Shown in pieces: positions 9,997-22,931 of a DNA stretch of 64,000 bases. The translations under genes were made by a program, and so were the position numbers. How positions within the stretch are numbered: position 1 is the stretch's first letter; every line of letters begins with the position of its first letter. The notes below the pieces were generated by a model that ran no database searches, was not told the DNA's origin, and saw only the letters and a list, made by a program, of their open reading frames with translations. This stretch comes from Minutocellus sp. GHC0000111 (taxonomy: Eukaryota). The stretch is from positions 7,068,001-7,132,000 of the forward strand of contig OZ361256.1 in NCBI GenBank assembly GCA_977018835.1, in the 5' to 3' direction.

Positions 9997-12228
9997 ATGC
10001 TGCCTGACGTTGCTGGCGTGGCAGGGGAGGAGGTCCCACCGGGCCTTCGACCGATCGAAACACCGACCAGCACATATTCCAATGACTCTGCCTCGGATAT
10101 TGGGCATGGTCAAACGGCATCTTCCGATAAGAATGGTACAGCAGGCGGATACTTCTTTGCATCCTCTCCAACCTCACCTCCTGGGGCCGCCGTCATCTCT
10201 CCCTCCTCTTCTTCGTACGGCTCGCCCAGGGAGTACGTCCTCCCTCATCACTCTGGCTTGAGCAACAACGCTCATCATCAGAACGGAACTGTCTTCCGAA
10301 GGATCCGCACGTCTCTGCTGTCCTCTCCGGCCTTCCAATCACCGTTGGCCAAGCGCGTTATCAGGACCAATGCCAGCGACGAGGAGAACATACTGGTCCA
10401 AACCAAGGCCGGGGTTGGAGGCGGAAAGCGTGGGCGGAAAAGCGGGACGCCGGGAGGATCCCATCGGAACAGCGCTGGACTGGCCGCAGTGTGCATCATT
10501 GGAGCCGGTGTGTGGTTCCTTTCGAAGGCAGGTGGGGGTACTAGTAGCAATGGTGGTGGTGGTGCTCTCACTAGTAGTAAGAGCAATGCGGGCGTTTCGT
10601 CTCCTCAAGAATCAACCTTTACGTTCCGACCAGATCCTGTCGAGGGAACTCCGTCGGCCGATGCCATAGATCTGTACCGGCAGGCGTACCTCACAACCGG
10701 TGACGATGACACGGACCTGCCCTACATTGGTATCGACGATCCCATGAATCCTGGTTCCATCTTTGTTGTGTTGGATCTCGTTGAAGACATTGTCGACGAT
10801 GAGACTGGAGAAAGGAATGCCAGGAACACCCTCATCCATCGTGACAGCTCTCTGTTTGGTAGAATGGACGATTTCGACAAGGAACTGAGACAGCATCTGG
10901 TGGAGAAGTTCCCCATCACTGGTACTCCTGACGAAGAGGATGATGGTCCTGCCCAAATGGTTGAGGTTACGTCGTACTATTCCGTCCTTGCCGATGGTCT
11001 GCCGCACATTGCCGGGTCGCAATATGCAACTCCCGACGGATACACTGTCCTGATGGACATCAAGTTTGCCATTCCCGGGGAGGATGCACAATCCCACGAC
11101 GGAATCGATGCCTACAGCCGTCACGTCGTCCGGACCATCGAGTCGTTCGTTCACGAGAAACTACCGAGACAGGTGGAGGCCCAGTTCACGGGCCTACCTC
11201 TGTTCCGAATGGACCTTCGTTCGGCCAATGGCCAGTCCGGATCCGGCACACCATCCCTCGTGGGTGCCTCCCTCGACGATCTCCTCCCTTCCACGTCGCC
11301 ATCACTCGATGCCTACCACCATCTCGCGAACCGATTTGGATACGGCATCATCAGCCCGTACAAGATTGTGTTCGATCACAGCGACGACCAAAAGTCTATC
11401 GATACCGATCCTGGATTCCGTCTGATGCACAAGGTGATGGCAGAATTCGCGCTGGTCGATCTGGAGAACGAAACTCGGGAGGAGGAGGTCGAGGAGGAGA
11501 TGGAAACCATCGCCGGCCTCGCCGCGGTCAACCTGGACAGCATCCCTCAGCGCATCGAGGACGGCCACATGGCCGAACACCTGTCGGAGGTGATGGATGA
11601 ACTTTACGGGCCCTCACCTGTTGCCGATATGGCAGACCACGGAGAAGGAAGTGAAGGCGGTCGTCGCGACTCCAAACCCCTGGCTCGGACCGTCTACAAT
11701 GGCATTCCGATCCTCCGCAACAATCAGGTCCCCTATCCCCTCTACCTCGGTGCCCGAATCTGTCGCGAGAAGCAGCATCATCACTGCAACCTGGAGCTTC
11801 TCCACTACTTCACGGCCATGAGAGATGTCATGACCTCCAAGGATCGGATGACAACGTACGTGTCAGCCAACCTCGGCGTCGATCCCTTCTCCAAGTATGG
11901 TCTGGCTTGGCTCATGGCAGCGCGGATGAAGATCCGTGAGATGGAGCGGAATGGTGACCTGGATGGCTACCGGGTCAATATTGTTGGCGGTGCAGCGCTG
12001 GAGTTTGATGCCTGGTTCTCGTCTCAGCAGAAGGCCAAAAATCCCCGGAATGGGGGTGGTGGTGAGGAACCGCCATCCAACATCAACGGAGATGATTATT
12101 CGGACGCTTCATCATCGTTCAAGTCCGTTTATGTCCTGACAGTATTCTTTGTGATCGTCGCACTTGGCATTCGAACTGTCCTAGCTGCTAGATCCAAACA
12201 CCGCTCATACGGCCACAAAAAGTTTTGA
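9997..12228 (+). CDS. Membrane-anchored protein resembling MMPL/RND extracytoplasmic domains
   Basis: 743 aa, one N-proximal and one C-terminal hydrophobic helix; segments FTGLPLFRMDL, LPSTSPSLDAYHHLANRFGYG, VDPFSKYGLAWL, VGGAALEFD recall MMPL-family loops. Confidence 0.6.
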   Translation: MLPDVAGVAGEEVPPGLRPIETPTSTYSNDSASDIGHGQTASSDKNGTAGGYFFASSPTSPPGAAVISPSSSSYGSPREYVLPHHSGLSNNAHHQNGTVFRRIRTSLLSSPAFQSPLAKRVIRTNASDEENILVQTKAGVGGGKRGRKSGTPGGSHRNSAGLAAVCIIGAGVWFLSKAGGGTSSNGGGGALTSSKSNAGVSSPQESTFTFRPDPVEGTPSADAIDLYRQAYLTTGDDDTDLPYIGIDDPMNPGSIFVVLDLVEDIVDDETGERNARNTLIHRDSSLFGRMDDFDKELRQHLVEKFPITGTPDEEDDGPAQMVEVTSYYSVLADGLPHIAGSQYATPDGYTVLMDIKFAIPGEDAQSHDGIDAYSRHVVRTIESFVHEKLPRQVEAQFTGLPLFRMDLRSANGQSGSGTPSLVGASLDDLLPSTSPSLDAYHHLANRFGYGIISPYKIVFDHSDDQKSIDTDPGFRLMHKVMAEFALVDLENETREEEVEEEMETIAGLAAVNLDSIPQRIEDGHMAEHLSEVMDELYGPSPVADMADHGEGSEGGRRDSKPLARTVYNGIPILRNNQVPYPLYLGARICREKQHHHCNLELLHYFTAMRDVMTSKDRMTTYVSANLGVDPFSKYGLAWLMAARMKIREMERNGDLDGYRVNIVGGAALEFDAWFSSQQKAKNPRNGGGGEEPPSNINGDDYSDASSSFKSVYVLTVFFVIVALGIRTVLAARSKHRSYGHKKF

Positions 12229-12539
12229 TTGGTTTGTTGTGTGCTGCAGCTGGAGGGGGAAGAAGATAAATCTGTTTGCTTTTGAGCGCAGTGATGCTGT
12301 TCACACACGCGTGCTTGCTCAGCAAACACAAATAAAATATATATGTAGCAAATCTGATAGTTGAATACCGGTATTATACTGCGATCTAATGTATCTACAT
12401 GTACGGTGCACCAACCGACCGGCGACCGACCGACGGCGACCGCGGGGCAGCAGGGTAGTGCGAACCTGTAGTTATCACCCCCTCTGGTAATGATGTTGAC
12501 TACAGTACCAAAGACCCCCGTCATGGTATTACCAAGAGC

Positions 12540-14260
12540 ACTTTCAAATCTCCAAGTCTCAAAATCCGGCCGCTACAATGGCCGGCTTTGCGGCGCCTTC
12601 TGACAGGCCGCCGGTGCGTCAACCAGAACAAACACACACAAAAAGGAAGCAAGCAGATCTCTGACCACGATATATGCTAAGTTTGCTGCAAGATTCGTGC
12701 GCAGCGCTTGCCATACGGCGAAGGTTCGCCGCCTCGACTCGTGACTAAACACGAAGTAGCTCCTTCCTCGTCCTCCTCGGCTACTCACAACAGGCGGGTC
12801 ATCTGCCGCGCGCGATTCTCGTTCGGGAGCCGTCGAAGCGAGCAAAATGCACTGCTGAGGTGCGGAAACGATCGAAGGCGAATGCACATGTCACTGGCGC
12901 TGCCAACGTGGAGTGGGCGATCCACACACATCGTCGGCCGCCGCCGTGGAACGCCTACTTTTATGTGCATCATTTGATTTTGATATGCAGCGGCGCAAAG
13001 CACAAGTGTCGGCAAGAGTCTCGCGCTCGACAAAAATGGATTTGTGTCTGCGGCTGTGGCAGATTGTCTTGCGCATATTCGAGGTTGATAGCCGAGGACG
13101 AATGCACCAGCAACAGCAAATGTAGCGTCGTCGCTTTGTGCCTGTTTGCGTGGTTCGGTAGACCGCATCTTGAGGATGACTTGCATGATGGTCTACCGTA
13201 TTCCATCCGACCAAGCATGTTGTACAGCTGAATATCTATTTGTTAATGTGCTTTTTTACATGCTATGTACAGTAGAATAATAAATAATAACAATACATGT
13301 AATAACAGATTCAAAGCAAGTACCAGTAGATCTAGATCTAATATATTTTTACATGCATTCATGAATTCAAATATGCATCTTTATGTATTTACATATCTAA
13401 TCCAATCAAATACTGCGTGCATGGCCATCATGTTTCTCAATTAGTCACTCAGGTACATGTTGAAGGTGCGATCGTTTCTCCATGCTCCGTGTGTCGTTAT
13501 TGCTTCAGCCAGAATTCCAGCAGATCCAGCATCCGTGATGCCACCTTCAGCCTCCTGGAGGATTCCGGCCGCTTCATCGTCGTTCCACTTATCCCCTGTA
13601 GCTCGGCAGAGGCAATTCGAACACAGCATCATCGCCGGCACGTCGTCGATGTTCATGTCGTGCTCCATCTGAGCCTGGCACACAGGATGCAGATTGCTGC
13701 GGCACAAACCGCCACGGCTCTGGCATGTGACGAAGAAAATTACGCGGGGTGATGCAGCGGCCCATGCGGTGGCACGAGCAACTACATGTTCATTTTGAAT
13801 CAAGATGTCTGTTGCGGCGGCGAGCGCAAGATGCCATCCATCGATGTGGGTGTCGAATGAAGGCATCATCGCATCCGCGTCAAAGATCGCTCGACTCGTA
13901 CTCGCGGTTCCAGAGAGTTCTCTATGCATTTTTCAACAGGCTGGGCCGGCGCGATGCGAACTCTGACACCCCGTAAGATGCGTGCCAAAGCAAGCCAAAA
14001 ATGCTAGCAGCTTCCTCGGGTTCGTATCTTGTCCGTTCATGTCCGGCCGGCTTATATATGTTTTCATTTTCAAACATTTTTATGTTCAAAATGGATCGGC
14101 TGACTCGCAGATGCGAACTTGCGAACTGGGTTTGTTGTTGTAATGATGTTGGGCTGTTCCCGGCCAAGTTCGCTGCTCGGCGAAGTTTGTACAAAACCGA
14201 AAAACCGAAGCCGCAATCGCGGCAATCCCGAGTGTGGCGAGTTCCTTGCTTGCGATTGGG
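12540..14260. other. Possible degenerate transposon-derived sequence
   Basis: No clean gene; minus ORF 13441-13929 has a Cys/His cluster (C..C..HPVC...CSNC) in TpA-poor sequence; boundaries approximate. Confidence 0.3.
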
Positions 14261-14280
14261 AAATATAATTCAATGTACCA

Positions 14281-16455
14281 ATGGTAGGAATTCCTAGTAT
14301 GAATGCCCTACCAGATGAGTCCCAAACGACGTCGAAGCGTCGGCGTAAACGTTTCATCAATCAAACAGCCATGTCTTTAGTCGATAGAAGCGACCAAGAG
14401 ACCGACCCGGAGGACCTTCTTCATCACATGCAGCAAGCGTTTGATGCTTCTGCTGCAGCGCCCCAAACAATTGCCGCGGGCCCTACCGGTAGTGGTCCAA
14501 CCGGCACAATGTCCAATGTGGCCCTGAGCGACGACATGGCAGGAGCATCATCATGTCCCTGTCTTGGAGCAATCGACCCCGTAGATGATGCCGATCTGTC
14601 TTCCAACTTCGCATCAGATGCTACAATTGATTTCGATCGACATGGGATAGGATGCTTTGCTCATGATGTTGAAACGTCTCGATGCCAATCCAGCGAAGAA
14701 GCAAAGGAAACGCCGTGCTCGTCATTTTATCCCATGCCAGCTGATTGCGACACGTCGTGGTGTTCTAGACGGTGGTGCTACGTCGACCCAGCCTCTTGCT
14801 CGTTGCTTTTGAGAAGGTCCGTCGAACTACCGAACTCGAATAGGTATTACTCTTATGCCACATGCAACGACATGGACTCCTACACGAAAAGCAATCGTCT
14901 ATCTTCTTTGAAGGGCAAAACGATCCGAGCAGGCTACAATTCAAACACGGGAGGGTGGATGGGAGCATATTCTGTCGATAGGAGCCATTTTTCTGGCCCT
15001 GCATCTCGATGGTCTGGGCCCGTTGTCGACTACATTCACCAGTCCAGTCGTCTTGGCGAATTCCAGATCCAAATACAAGAGCCCCCGGATTTTCTTGTCA
15101 ACAAGTCAATCGAGTTTTTCAACTCTAATTCAAAGTTTGATCTCTGCGCGTATGCTACAGCCCTTGGCTATCTTGATCTGTGCATAGCTCAGTACTCGGT
15201 AACCGATGAGCGTGCACTATCCTCACACTGGTTCCTCCTGGGAAGTGACCCTCTCTTTCTCATAACTATTCAAGACGATACCAGTGCCGAAAATTCATGG
15301 TCAGAATTCGTTCATCAGGAAAATCTTCCAGCCATTTCACACCTCTACTTGGCCATTCCTCATCTTCCTTGTCGTACCAGCCCTATCGTTGCTGGTATTA
15401 TTGAACGAGTATGGGAGGTCAGGTTCCGAATACCCACGTGAGGAACGAAGAAATGATGAAAGAAGAAGATCATCAAACACCTCGCCAGTTCATTACAAGT
15501 CTTTCTGGAGATATGTGCCTAGAGCACTTTACGTTGGTTATGTCTCTGTCTTACAGCAATCATACACTCATGATGTGGTCTCCGTCGGCGGGCGTATAAC
15601 CTTGGTTGGCGTGATGTTTTTCATCCTCACGATTGTTTCAGTGTATATTGGCAATTTAGCAGCAATGCTTACTTCACAAGCCCATGTAAGTCAGGTGAAC
15701 AGTATTGACGATGCCATAAATGCCGGTTATCGTTTCTGTGGAGAAAGGAAAACAGTGTCAACTGTCATGGAAGTTATGGGAATTGAAGATCGATTCGTCG
15801 TAGATCCAATAGAACTCGGAGGTGATGGAAAGGCCGGCTTTAATTGCCCAAATTGTCAGAGCAGAACACGTGTATTCGATGCCATGCTAAGTGAAATTGA
15901 CGCCGATGATAAAACTCATTGTCATGCAGCTATTGCGCCGATGGAAGATCTTGAGGTGCTTCAGCAGACGGCCATACATTGTAACAAAACAGCTGTAGGA
16001 ATGCCTGTGGGATTTGTAGCTTCTGGGATTCCAATATTCGATGGTATTTTTGAAGAAATGTCTTCCCTCCTGCTCCGAATGCGCAACGACGGATCCTATG
16101 AAAAGGCTCTCAAGGCATCGCGACCCTCCAACACTTGCCCATCAACCTTGTTAGATGATTGGGCAGGGCCAGACATTGCTCTGAGCATCTCTCGGCTCAT
16201 GGGGATCTGGGTCGTTTCGTTTGGATTGGCTGCAACTGGTCTTCTTGTGACATTTGGCCGGCCTTGTTGGAAGCCAATTTTTATAGATGCGGCAAAAAGA
16301 CCGGCCAAAGAGATGCGGCCCAAGAAAGGAGCAGGCATGATCAGATTATGGAGAAGGAATCATTCATGGATGTTGCTCCGCCATCAGGCCGTCGGCCGTC
16401 ACAGCGAGCGCGTGATCCCCATCGCCGCATGAGCTTTGGAGCTACAATGGCATGA
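14281..16455 (+). CDS. Ionotropic glutamate receptor-like channel (frameshift near 15315, possibly another near 16280)
   Basis: Cys-rich N-domain (WCSRRWCYVDPASC), IFQPF pre-M1, GGR..FFILTIVSVYIGNLAAMLT (SYTANLAAF-type M3), C-terminal M4 helix. Confidence 0.8.
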
Positions 16456-16565
16456 TTGCTTGCAGTATGCTGATTAGTTGCGGTAATCATAATTATTTTG
16501 AATATGCACATACATAAAGTCGGTAGAAAGTAACAAAGGCAAAATGGCATCGTCGCAGTGCTCAG

Positions 16566-17551
16566 TCAAAAGAAGTCGGCGTCGAGATCTTCAGGAGCAG
16601 TTGTGTGGGGAACTGCTGTTGATGAAAGAGCCAGAGACCCAGCACTTTCAGATCGAAAAAGTGCCGCTGATTCAACCCGTGCGATTGCACCAAATTGGTT
16701 TGTAACCTCTTGGACCGGCGCACGCTTGGCCTCGTCAGTTGAAGGATTGGCGCCAGTATGCGCATCATCCACCATTACGCTTAGCTCGTTAACAGACCCA
16801 AGGGACGATCCAAGCTGGATCCTCCCCCAAGATTGACAAGAGAGGAAAGAGAAGTGGCGCTCCCATTTCCTCCTCGGAACAACTTGTATGACGTCCTTCT
16901 CGTAACTTCGCCAAATTGGTTGAGATATCGACCCCTTGGTGCTTCACCCTTCATTCTGCTTTCATCCTCTCCAAAATTTACGGCCACCTGGTCCTTGACG
17001 GCGCCCCCGATACTGGTTGCATGGTTCTTGGTACCATCCCCTTCCGCTTCGTCGTCTTTGTCCAGATCTATGTCAGCAACAGCTTTCACTACCTCATCCT
17101 CCACGCCAAATAATACGCAAGATTCTACTCTCTGAACACATCCAAATTGATTCACAACATCATGCTTGGTGGGCTCGGCAACGGCGCTATCGGTCTCTTT
17201 CTTTTCGTCCTGTTCCTCCGTCACATGTGCTGCCATCTGCCCCAAGGATGCGAGTGAGTTCACACTTCCAGCATTACTTCCACGGAACAATTTGGATGAT
17301 GTCGACCTTGCCATCTGACCAAACTGATTTATGTACTGCTTCGTTCCGGCAGTAGCGGTGTCGGGGTCAGTGGCTGTTGTATTTTTGCTTTCTCCGCCTC
17401 CAAAATCGCCCGCCATGTTTGTCTCGGCCATCATTGCCCCCGCAAATGGCTCTTCCTCATTCTGCCCTTTTGCCTGCTGCGGCACCAGAAAACGGTATGA
17501 ATCTAGTCCAGGTTTGTCTGGTACCGGTTCGGCTCCTCTTTTTGCAGTCAT
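16566..17551 (-). CDS. Hypothetical low-complexity protein with four NQFG-x3-R-x2-S-x2-LF repeats (frameshift near 16810)
   Basis: ORFs 16781-17551 and 16566-16775 share the motif; adding one G near 16811 joins them. Confidence 0.65.
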
Positions 17552-17857
17552 GTTGGGTGCTTGCAGTCAAAACCGTCGTTGCGCTCGGCATACTCTATGT
17601 ATTCCCCAGTAAAACCATGCAATTCTTCGCTCTTGGTTCTTTCAAGAGTTCAAGAAAGTGACGTCAGAGGCCTGATCGGAGGAAAAAGACTTTTGCTTGA
17701 TGTGGTTTTTGTGTGCTGCTGATTGAAAACAGCAAAACTGCAGGGCTACAACCCTGGCTCACAATCCAAGTACAATCACAGATCAAGTCCATACGAGTAC
17801 TGATACTCAATACTCGCAATTCAACAACCTCTTCATCGCAGAAACAACTCTAACACC

Positions 17858-18769
17858 ATGGTCATCAAGAACGACATTGATAACGCATCTACATCCCCCG
17901 CTTACATCAACGTCTCCTCATCCATCAAACTCGACAAAGATTCGGACGCAGCAGGAACGTCAATTGATGAGCAGACCAGAGCGAAAGAAATAACTGAATA
18001 CCTTGTCACCTTGGACGGAAGTCCAGATGCCTTTGAACGCTATGAACCCCAGGCACGCCGTCTTCTCCATCCCAATCTTGCAGTGCTCAGTGACGAAAAA
18101 GAAATTCAACTAGAAGACTTTATCGCCCTCGTTCGAGACAACTACATTGCCAATGGTTGTATCGCCAAACTGCAAGCCATCCAACACAATAAAGATGGCA
18201 CCGTCACCGTCACTATCAAGAACTACCTCCCAGGAGAGGAAGGAGATGTCACTCGTCAGCTCATCCACTTTGCCGATGATGGGCGCATTGAGCGCGTCGA
18301 GGGTGAGAATGAGACTAACCAGCATAAATTTGGCTCCGTGCTTGATCGAGTGGCCGCCCTCCCAACTGAAGTTGAGGTTGTTGCCAGTAAATTCAAAGCC
18401 TTTCTTGATTATGTTAGCAAAGACGCAACCATCGACAAGGACAAACTGCAATCTATCATCGACGGCTTATATGCTTCTGAAGCCGTCATTATTGCAGATG
18501 GCAGGAATGAGAACTTGGACTACTTCAAAGTTACCATCGGCGCTGTCGTGGCTGCAGGCAGCTACACTCGTGATGTAAAGGTCGAGGTGATTGGCCCGAA
18601 TACTATATTGATTGATTTTTACGTTGAGGGTCCTAGCTTGGATGGACCGGTTCCGGTCCGACGAATTATCACAGAACGGAATGGAAAAGTGATTTCCAGC
18701 CGAGTTGCCAAAAACACGAAGGATTCCTTCCCAGTGTATGCAAAGAAGATCATTGGCAAGAACAATTGA
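17858..18769 (+). CDS. Hypothetical protein, probably two tandem NTF2/SnoaL-like domains
   Basis: 303-aa ORF; two ~120-aa halves each with LL(H/Y)x(N/E)xV early and DGRIER / NGKVIS terminal strands. Confidence 0.6.
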   Translation: MVIKNDIDNASTSPAYINVSSSIKLDKDSDAAGTSIDEQTRAKEITEYLVTLDGSPDAFERYEPQARRLLHPNLAVLSDEKEIQLEDFIALVRDNYIANGCIAKLQAIQHNKDGTVTVTIKNYLPGEEGDVTRQLIHFADDGRIERVEGENETNQHKFGSVLDRVAALPTEVEVVASKFKAFLDYVSKDATIDKDKLQSIIDGLYASEAVIIADGRNENLDYFKVTIGAVVAAGSYTRDVKVEVIGPNTILIDFYVEGPSLDGPVPVRRIITERNGKVISSRVAKNTKDSFPVYAKKIIGKNN

Positions 18770-19005
18770 ATTAGATACAAAAAATTTACAATAAATAGAT
18801 GCATGTCGTAGAATAGTCTTATATTGGACACATTAAGAATCAATGACAATACAACGTACCGGTACATTATGGATACTTCTACAGCACGTAGCTTGATAGA
18901 CTCTGGGAATAATTCCAGAATTATTTATTTCTGGCTCCTTCCTACTACTCTCTGCCGCAAATGAAAATTCGACTACTAGTAGTAAATAGAAGATGAATCG
19001 TTTTC

Positions 19006-19980
19006 CTAATCCGTCCCGTTGCTTAGCCGCCGAAGAACGCGCCTTCTATTTCTGCAAAGGCGACGGCGACGTTGCCTCGCACCTTGAGCAGCAGAATATG
19101 AGGATGCTTCATTTCCGCCCAGCAGAAACGACGATCCATCTCGGTCCCTGTCGCCATCGACGTTGCTGCCAAATTTTTTTACATCACCACCGATTTCGGT
19201 AGGCGTATTCTGCGCATACGATAATGACACACTAAAATCTTGATTGATATCTTCATTCCCTTCGTTTGATTCATGGGATGCACCATATGACATCTGGTCT
19301 GTTGCGACATTCGTAGTTTCCTCTGTCGTACCTTCGCTTGCTTCTGTTGACGCGGCACTTGTGCTTTTTTCTGTAGCTCCCATCGACGGTTCGAGTGTAG
19401 GTAGACCAAAGTGGGCGTCATCCCAAGTAGGTTCTCCAGTCGGCTTATCGGTTCGATGTTCAGATTAAGGGGAGAGTTGAGTTCATGATATCTTGCAAAC
19501 AAATAAATTGAAGATACAGGTGTAATAAATTCACGTTCTTGTGCGGTTGTTTCTCACCTCGTATGTTGGTTCATAAGTGGGGAAATATGTTGGTTCCTCA
19601 GTGGAAATATGATCAACATTGTACGATCCACCATCGTCGGCGCTCCTGTACGAAAGGCTATCTATGACGCCACCGACGCTGCCATAATCAAAGTCAAAAC
19701 CCCCTTCATCCTTGGAAAGCAAATCAGCTTCGTTCGCTGCCGAGCTGCTGTCTCGTATGGAATCCTCGTCGACACTAGGATAAGTTGAATTGACTATTGC
19801 CAGACTGAAGGCTACAATCACGATGACGATGAGAAGCCCTGCTATTGACCATATCGCAATTCTGATTGTTCGCTTTCTTCTTCCCACTGTCGATGCGTTG
19901 TATGGCTTACGTCGCTCCGGTTCTGGAAGCGAATGCTGCTGAACAGGATCCTCCTCGTTGAAACTTGTGGCATCCATCAT
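19006..19980 (-). CDS. Single-pass membrane protein with PT-rich stalk; intron about 19444-19557
   Basis: Hydrophobic helix IAIWSIAGLLIVIVIVAFSLAIV; splicing GTGAGA..ATAAG joins EPTYE to PTGEPTW in frame. Confidence 0.65.
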
Positions 19981-20420
19981 GTTGGTCTCAGGGTGATCAG
20001 ATTTCTCGAACAGAAGGGAGGATGATTTGATATGATTCGATTCTGTCAGTCTTTGTGATCGGTCGCCAGATCTTTTTTACTTTGGCAAGGTATGATCGAA
20101 TTGATTTAGTTGAAAATCACAAAGTCAAAATCTCGCTTACACGATGCTTGCTTCTCCAATAGAATTGCATCCGTGGACGTCGAGGTGCATTCGAGCCTTC
20201 TCTCGTGGCTCCTGCCGGCTTGTCGTGGTGTGGCATCGGCACGCGGGCGAGAGGCCGGGGGAGGATCGAAGGAGTCGAGTCGAGTGAGTCGAGTCGAGTA
20301 GCAGGCCGGCGAGACGTCGTCATCTCGAAACGATTACCGGTACCCAGAGCCAAAAGCTGCCAAGATAAGAAGAGCTACCGGTAGATGTACAGTTCGTTTC
20401 TATTGGATGTTAGTCTGTCT

Positions 20421-22529
20421 TTAGTCCTGGCTATGCCCACTGTGACGTCTCTCTTCCTCCCATTCTTCAATATCTACAGTCATGTACTGGATTTCCGTGA
20501 AATGCGGAATGAACGCCAGGACCATGGTGAATATGCCAAACAAGATGAGGCCGGCAAGGAGCAAGCACATCGGTATTCTGATCCTTCCTTCTGCCCTCAT
20601 GGCTGCGAAATATAAAATTGGGGGAAGAATGAATCCGGCAAAAGATAACAGTACTCCGCGAGTAAAAGAAATGAGACCATACGAATACTGCTCAAGAGCT
20701 CCGATGATACAAATGGCGATTGCGAGGCACAGACGCGGATAGAAGTGGGCTGACAACTTATCCGCAGGGTTGTGGGTTCTTGGGTTCAGGAGTGTTGGCG
20801 TCAGCTCTGCTGATTGTGATGATTCGGGGCTATTGTTTTCCTCCTTTGAGTCTTTTGTCGGATAACGATAGCCAGGTGCGTCCATATCCACATAATCTGC
20901 CTCATCCAAACATGTACCGGTACCCGAACAGGCTCCTTGAGATGATGGTATCCCTTTTTTCTCAAGGAAAAGTTTCACACGTCGAGCATACGAGGGAATA
21001 CAGGTACAGAAATTCACCGAGTTCCACCAAGAAAAATGCGCTTTGGGGGGCGTACTTTGCCCCGGCTCGTTGTCGCCGCCAGCTTCTCTGTCTGCGTATC
21101 GTTGCTCAACCCATAGCTCCATGAGCTCGGTAGATGGATAAAGGATGACTGGCAGCGTGAATAGCGCGGCGCTCAAAGATACCTCGTGGACAACCGTGAG
21201 AAAATTTTATGAAAGGCACATGGAGAGATAGTTGCATCCATTAACTCCATGAATAGTACCCTCGCCTCCTCCTAAACCACCCAAATAGCCAACCCACGCG
21301 ATTGCAATTGTCAAGAGGCCATAGAAAATTACGGCGCCGCTCACGATAGGAACTGTCTTGTGGGGATCTGCAATGTTGTTTGCTGTTGGCAGGGCTAATT
21401 GGATCCCCTCAATGGCATAAACTGTACTTGCAACATATGCTGGAACACCTGCCCATTTCCATTTCCAAATGTCATCAGGGGCATCGTATCCTCCCTCCCA
21501 CTCTGAATACTGCATGGCTGAGTAAATCATACTGCCAACACACCCAACAAAGTACGCGATGAGGCCTAGCGCACTAACGAAGAACATCCCAGCAAGATTT
21601 CGAATAAGCAAGAGCTTAAGAACGATAGGGAATATCAAACACGTCAAAGCCAAATGACTTAACCCTCCTGATATACTATTCACTTCTTGCGCATCCATAT
21701 CATCATCACTCCCATCGTTGCTTGCATCGCTAAGTCTTCGCCCTGGATCAGGCTCATACTCGTACTCGATGTATTCATCATTGTCAAAAGAGGGATGCCA
21801 GCCAGCCAATACCAACAAATTTCTCGTAGCGGAATTCACCATTCCAGATGCGAATAGGACATGGAGCACAAAAACGACGGTAGTAATGACAGCTGCCGCC
21901 TTTCTACCCAATAGTTGACGAACAAGATCACTGTATGTGACAAACCTGTCTTTCATCCCATATAGTGGACCGTCCGATTTATTCGAGAGGTTCATCTTGA
22001 CACTTTCGCCTGTATTCAGTGACCTTGATCGATCTGCCGATGATTCTTCTTCTAATAATATTCGCTCCCTGCGTTCGATTGCCTTTGATCTTGCCATGAG
22101 CAGCAAGTAGCACGAAAGACCACAACAGGATATGATCACGACATGAACAACCGTGCCCAAAACGAGACCTGTTTCTCCCAATATCCTCGGTTGAAATAAG
22201 AGCGATACTCCAAACAAGGCTTTGAGGAAGGTGATGAAAGCTGATGCTGTTGTGGCAGATTTCACTCTTTCATGCGGGTCTTCCTCTCCCTCATCTTCCG
22301 CCATTCCTGGTGAAGAATAGCACATCATCGACGGTAAAGCAACATCGCCGCCGCCGCCGCCATATCTGCTTTCACTGCCGGTAGCAGCCGAAATGCCAGT
22401 TTCGAAGGTGCCCATGACCCTTCGATCTCGAAATCTCCTTGTCCCATTTTCACTTGCGTCGGCCGACAAAGACGGAAAAATTGAGACAGCTAGCTGCGGG
22501 ACGAAGTACCTATCTTGCTCCGTGGTCAT
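20421..22529 (-). CDS. Amino-acid transporter (Aa_trans / SLC36-AVT type) with one in-frame TAA at 21207-21209
   Basis: FLKALFGVSLLFQP, TYSDLV, STVYAIEGIQLALP, TLPVILYP, AGFILPPILY; the two ORFs are in the same frame. Confidence 0.82.
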
Positions 22530-22931
22530 GCTTTCCTACTAACTAGCTAGCAGAGTGATCCGCGGGTTGAAGCCTGGTGCCTGGCACCGATCGGTGGCGG
22601 TGGCGTGGTTGTGGCCGTGGTTGTGGCCGTTTCATTCTTGTGAAGCTTCGGCGCAAAGGGAGTTTTTGAGGTTCAGTTGCCGCGTCACACCGCGATGGTC
22701 GGCAGAGTGAGCTGGTGCACTGGACACCGACCGGACTGAAAAGATTACATGTAGGAATTCCTATGACAATTTTCTGCATAAACGTTTAAACATGTATTAG
22801 TAAAATCTACGTAAACGTTCATCGAGTTATTATCTTTCTTGAAGAGATGGGATCCAGAAAGTCTGTGGCAAGTCACCGGTAGAGTCTACATGTAACGCTG
22901 GTAGGTAGGTAGCAGCTAACTGTCTGAGCTG

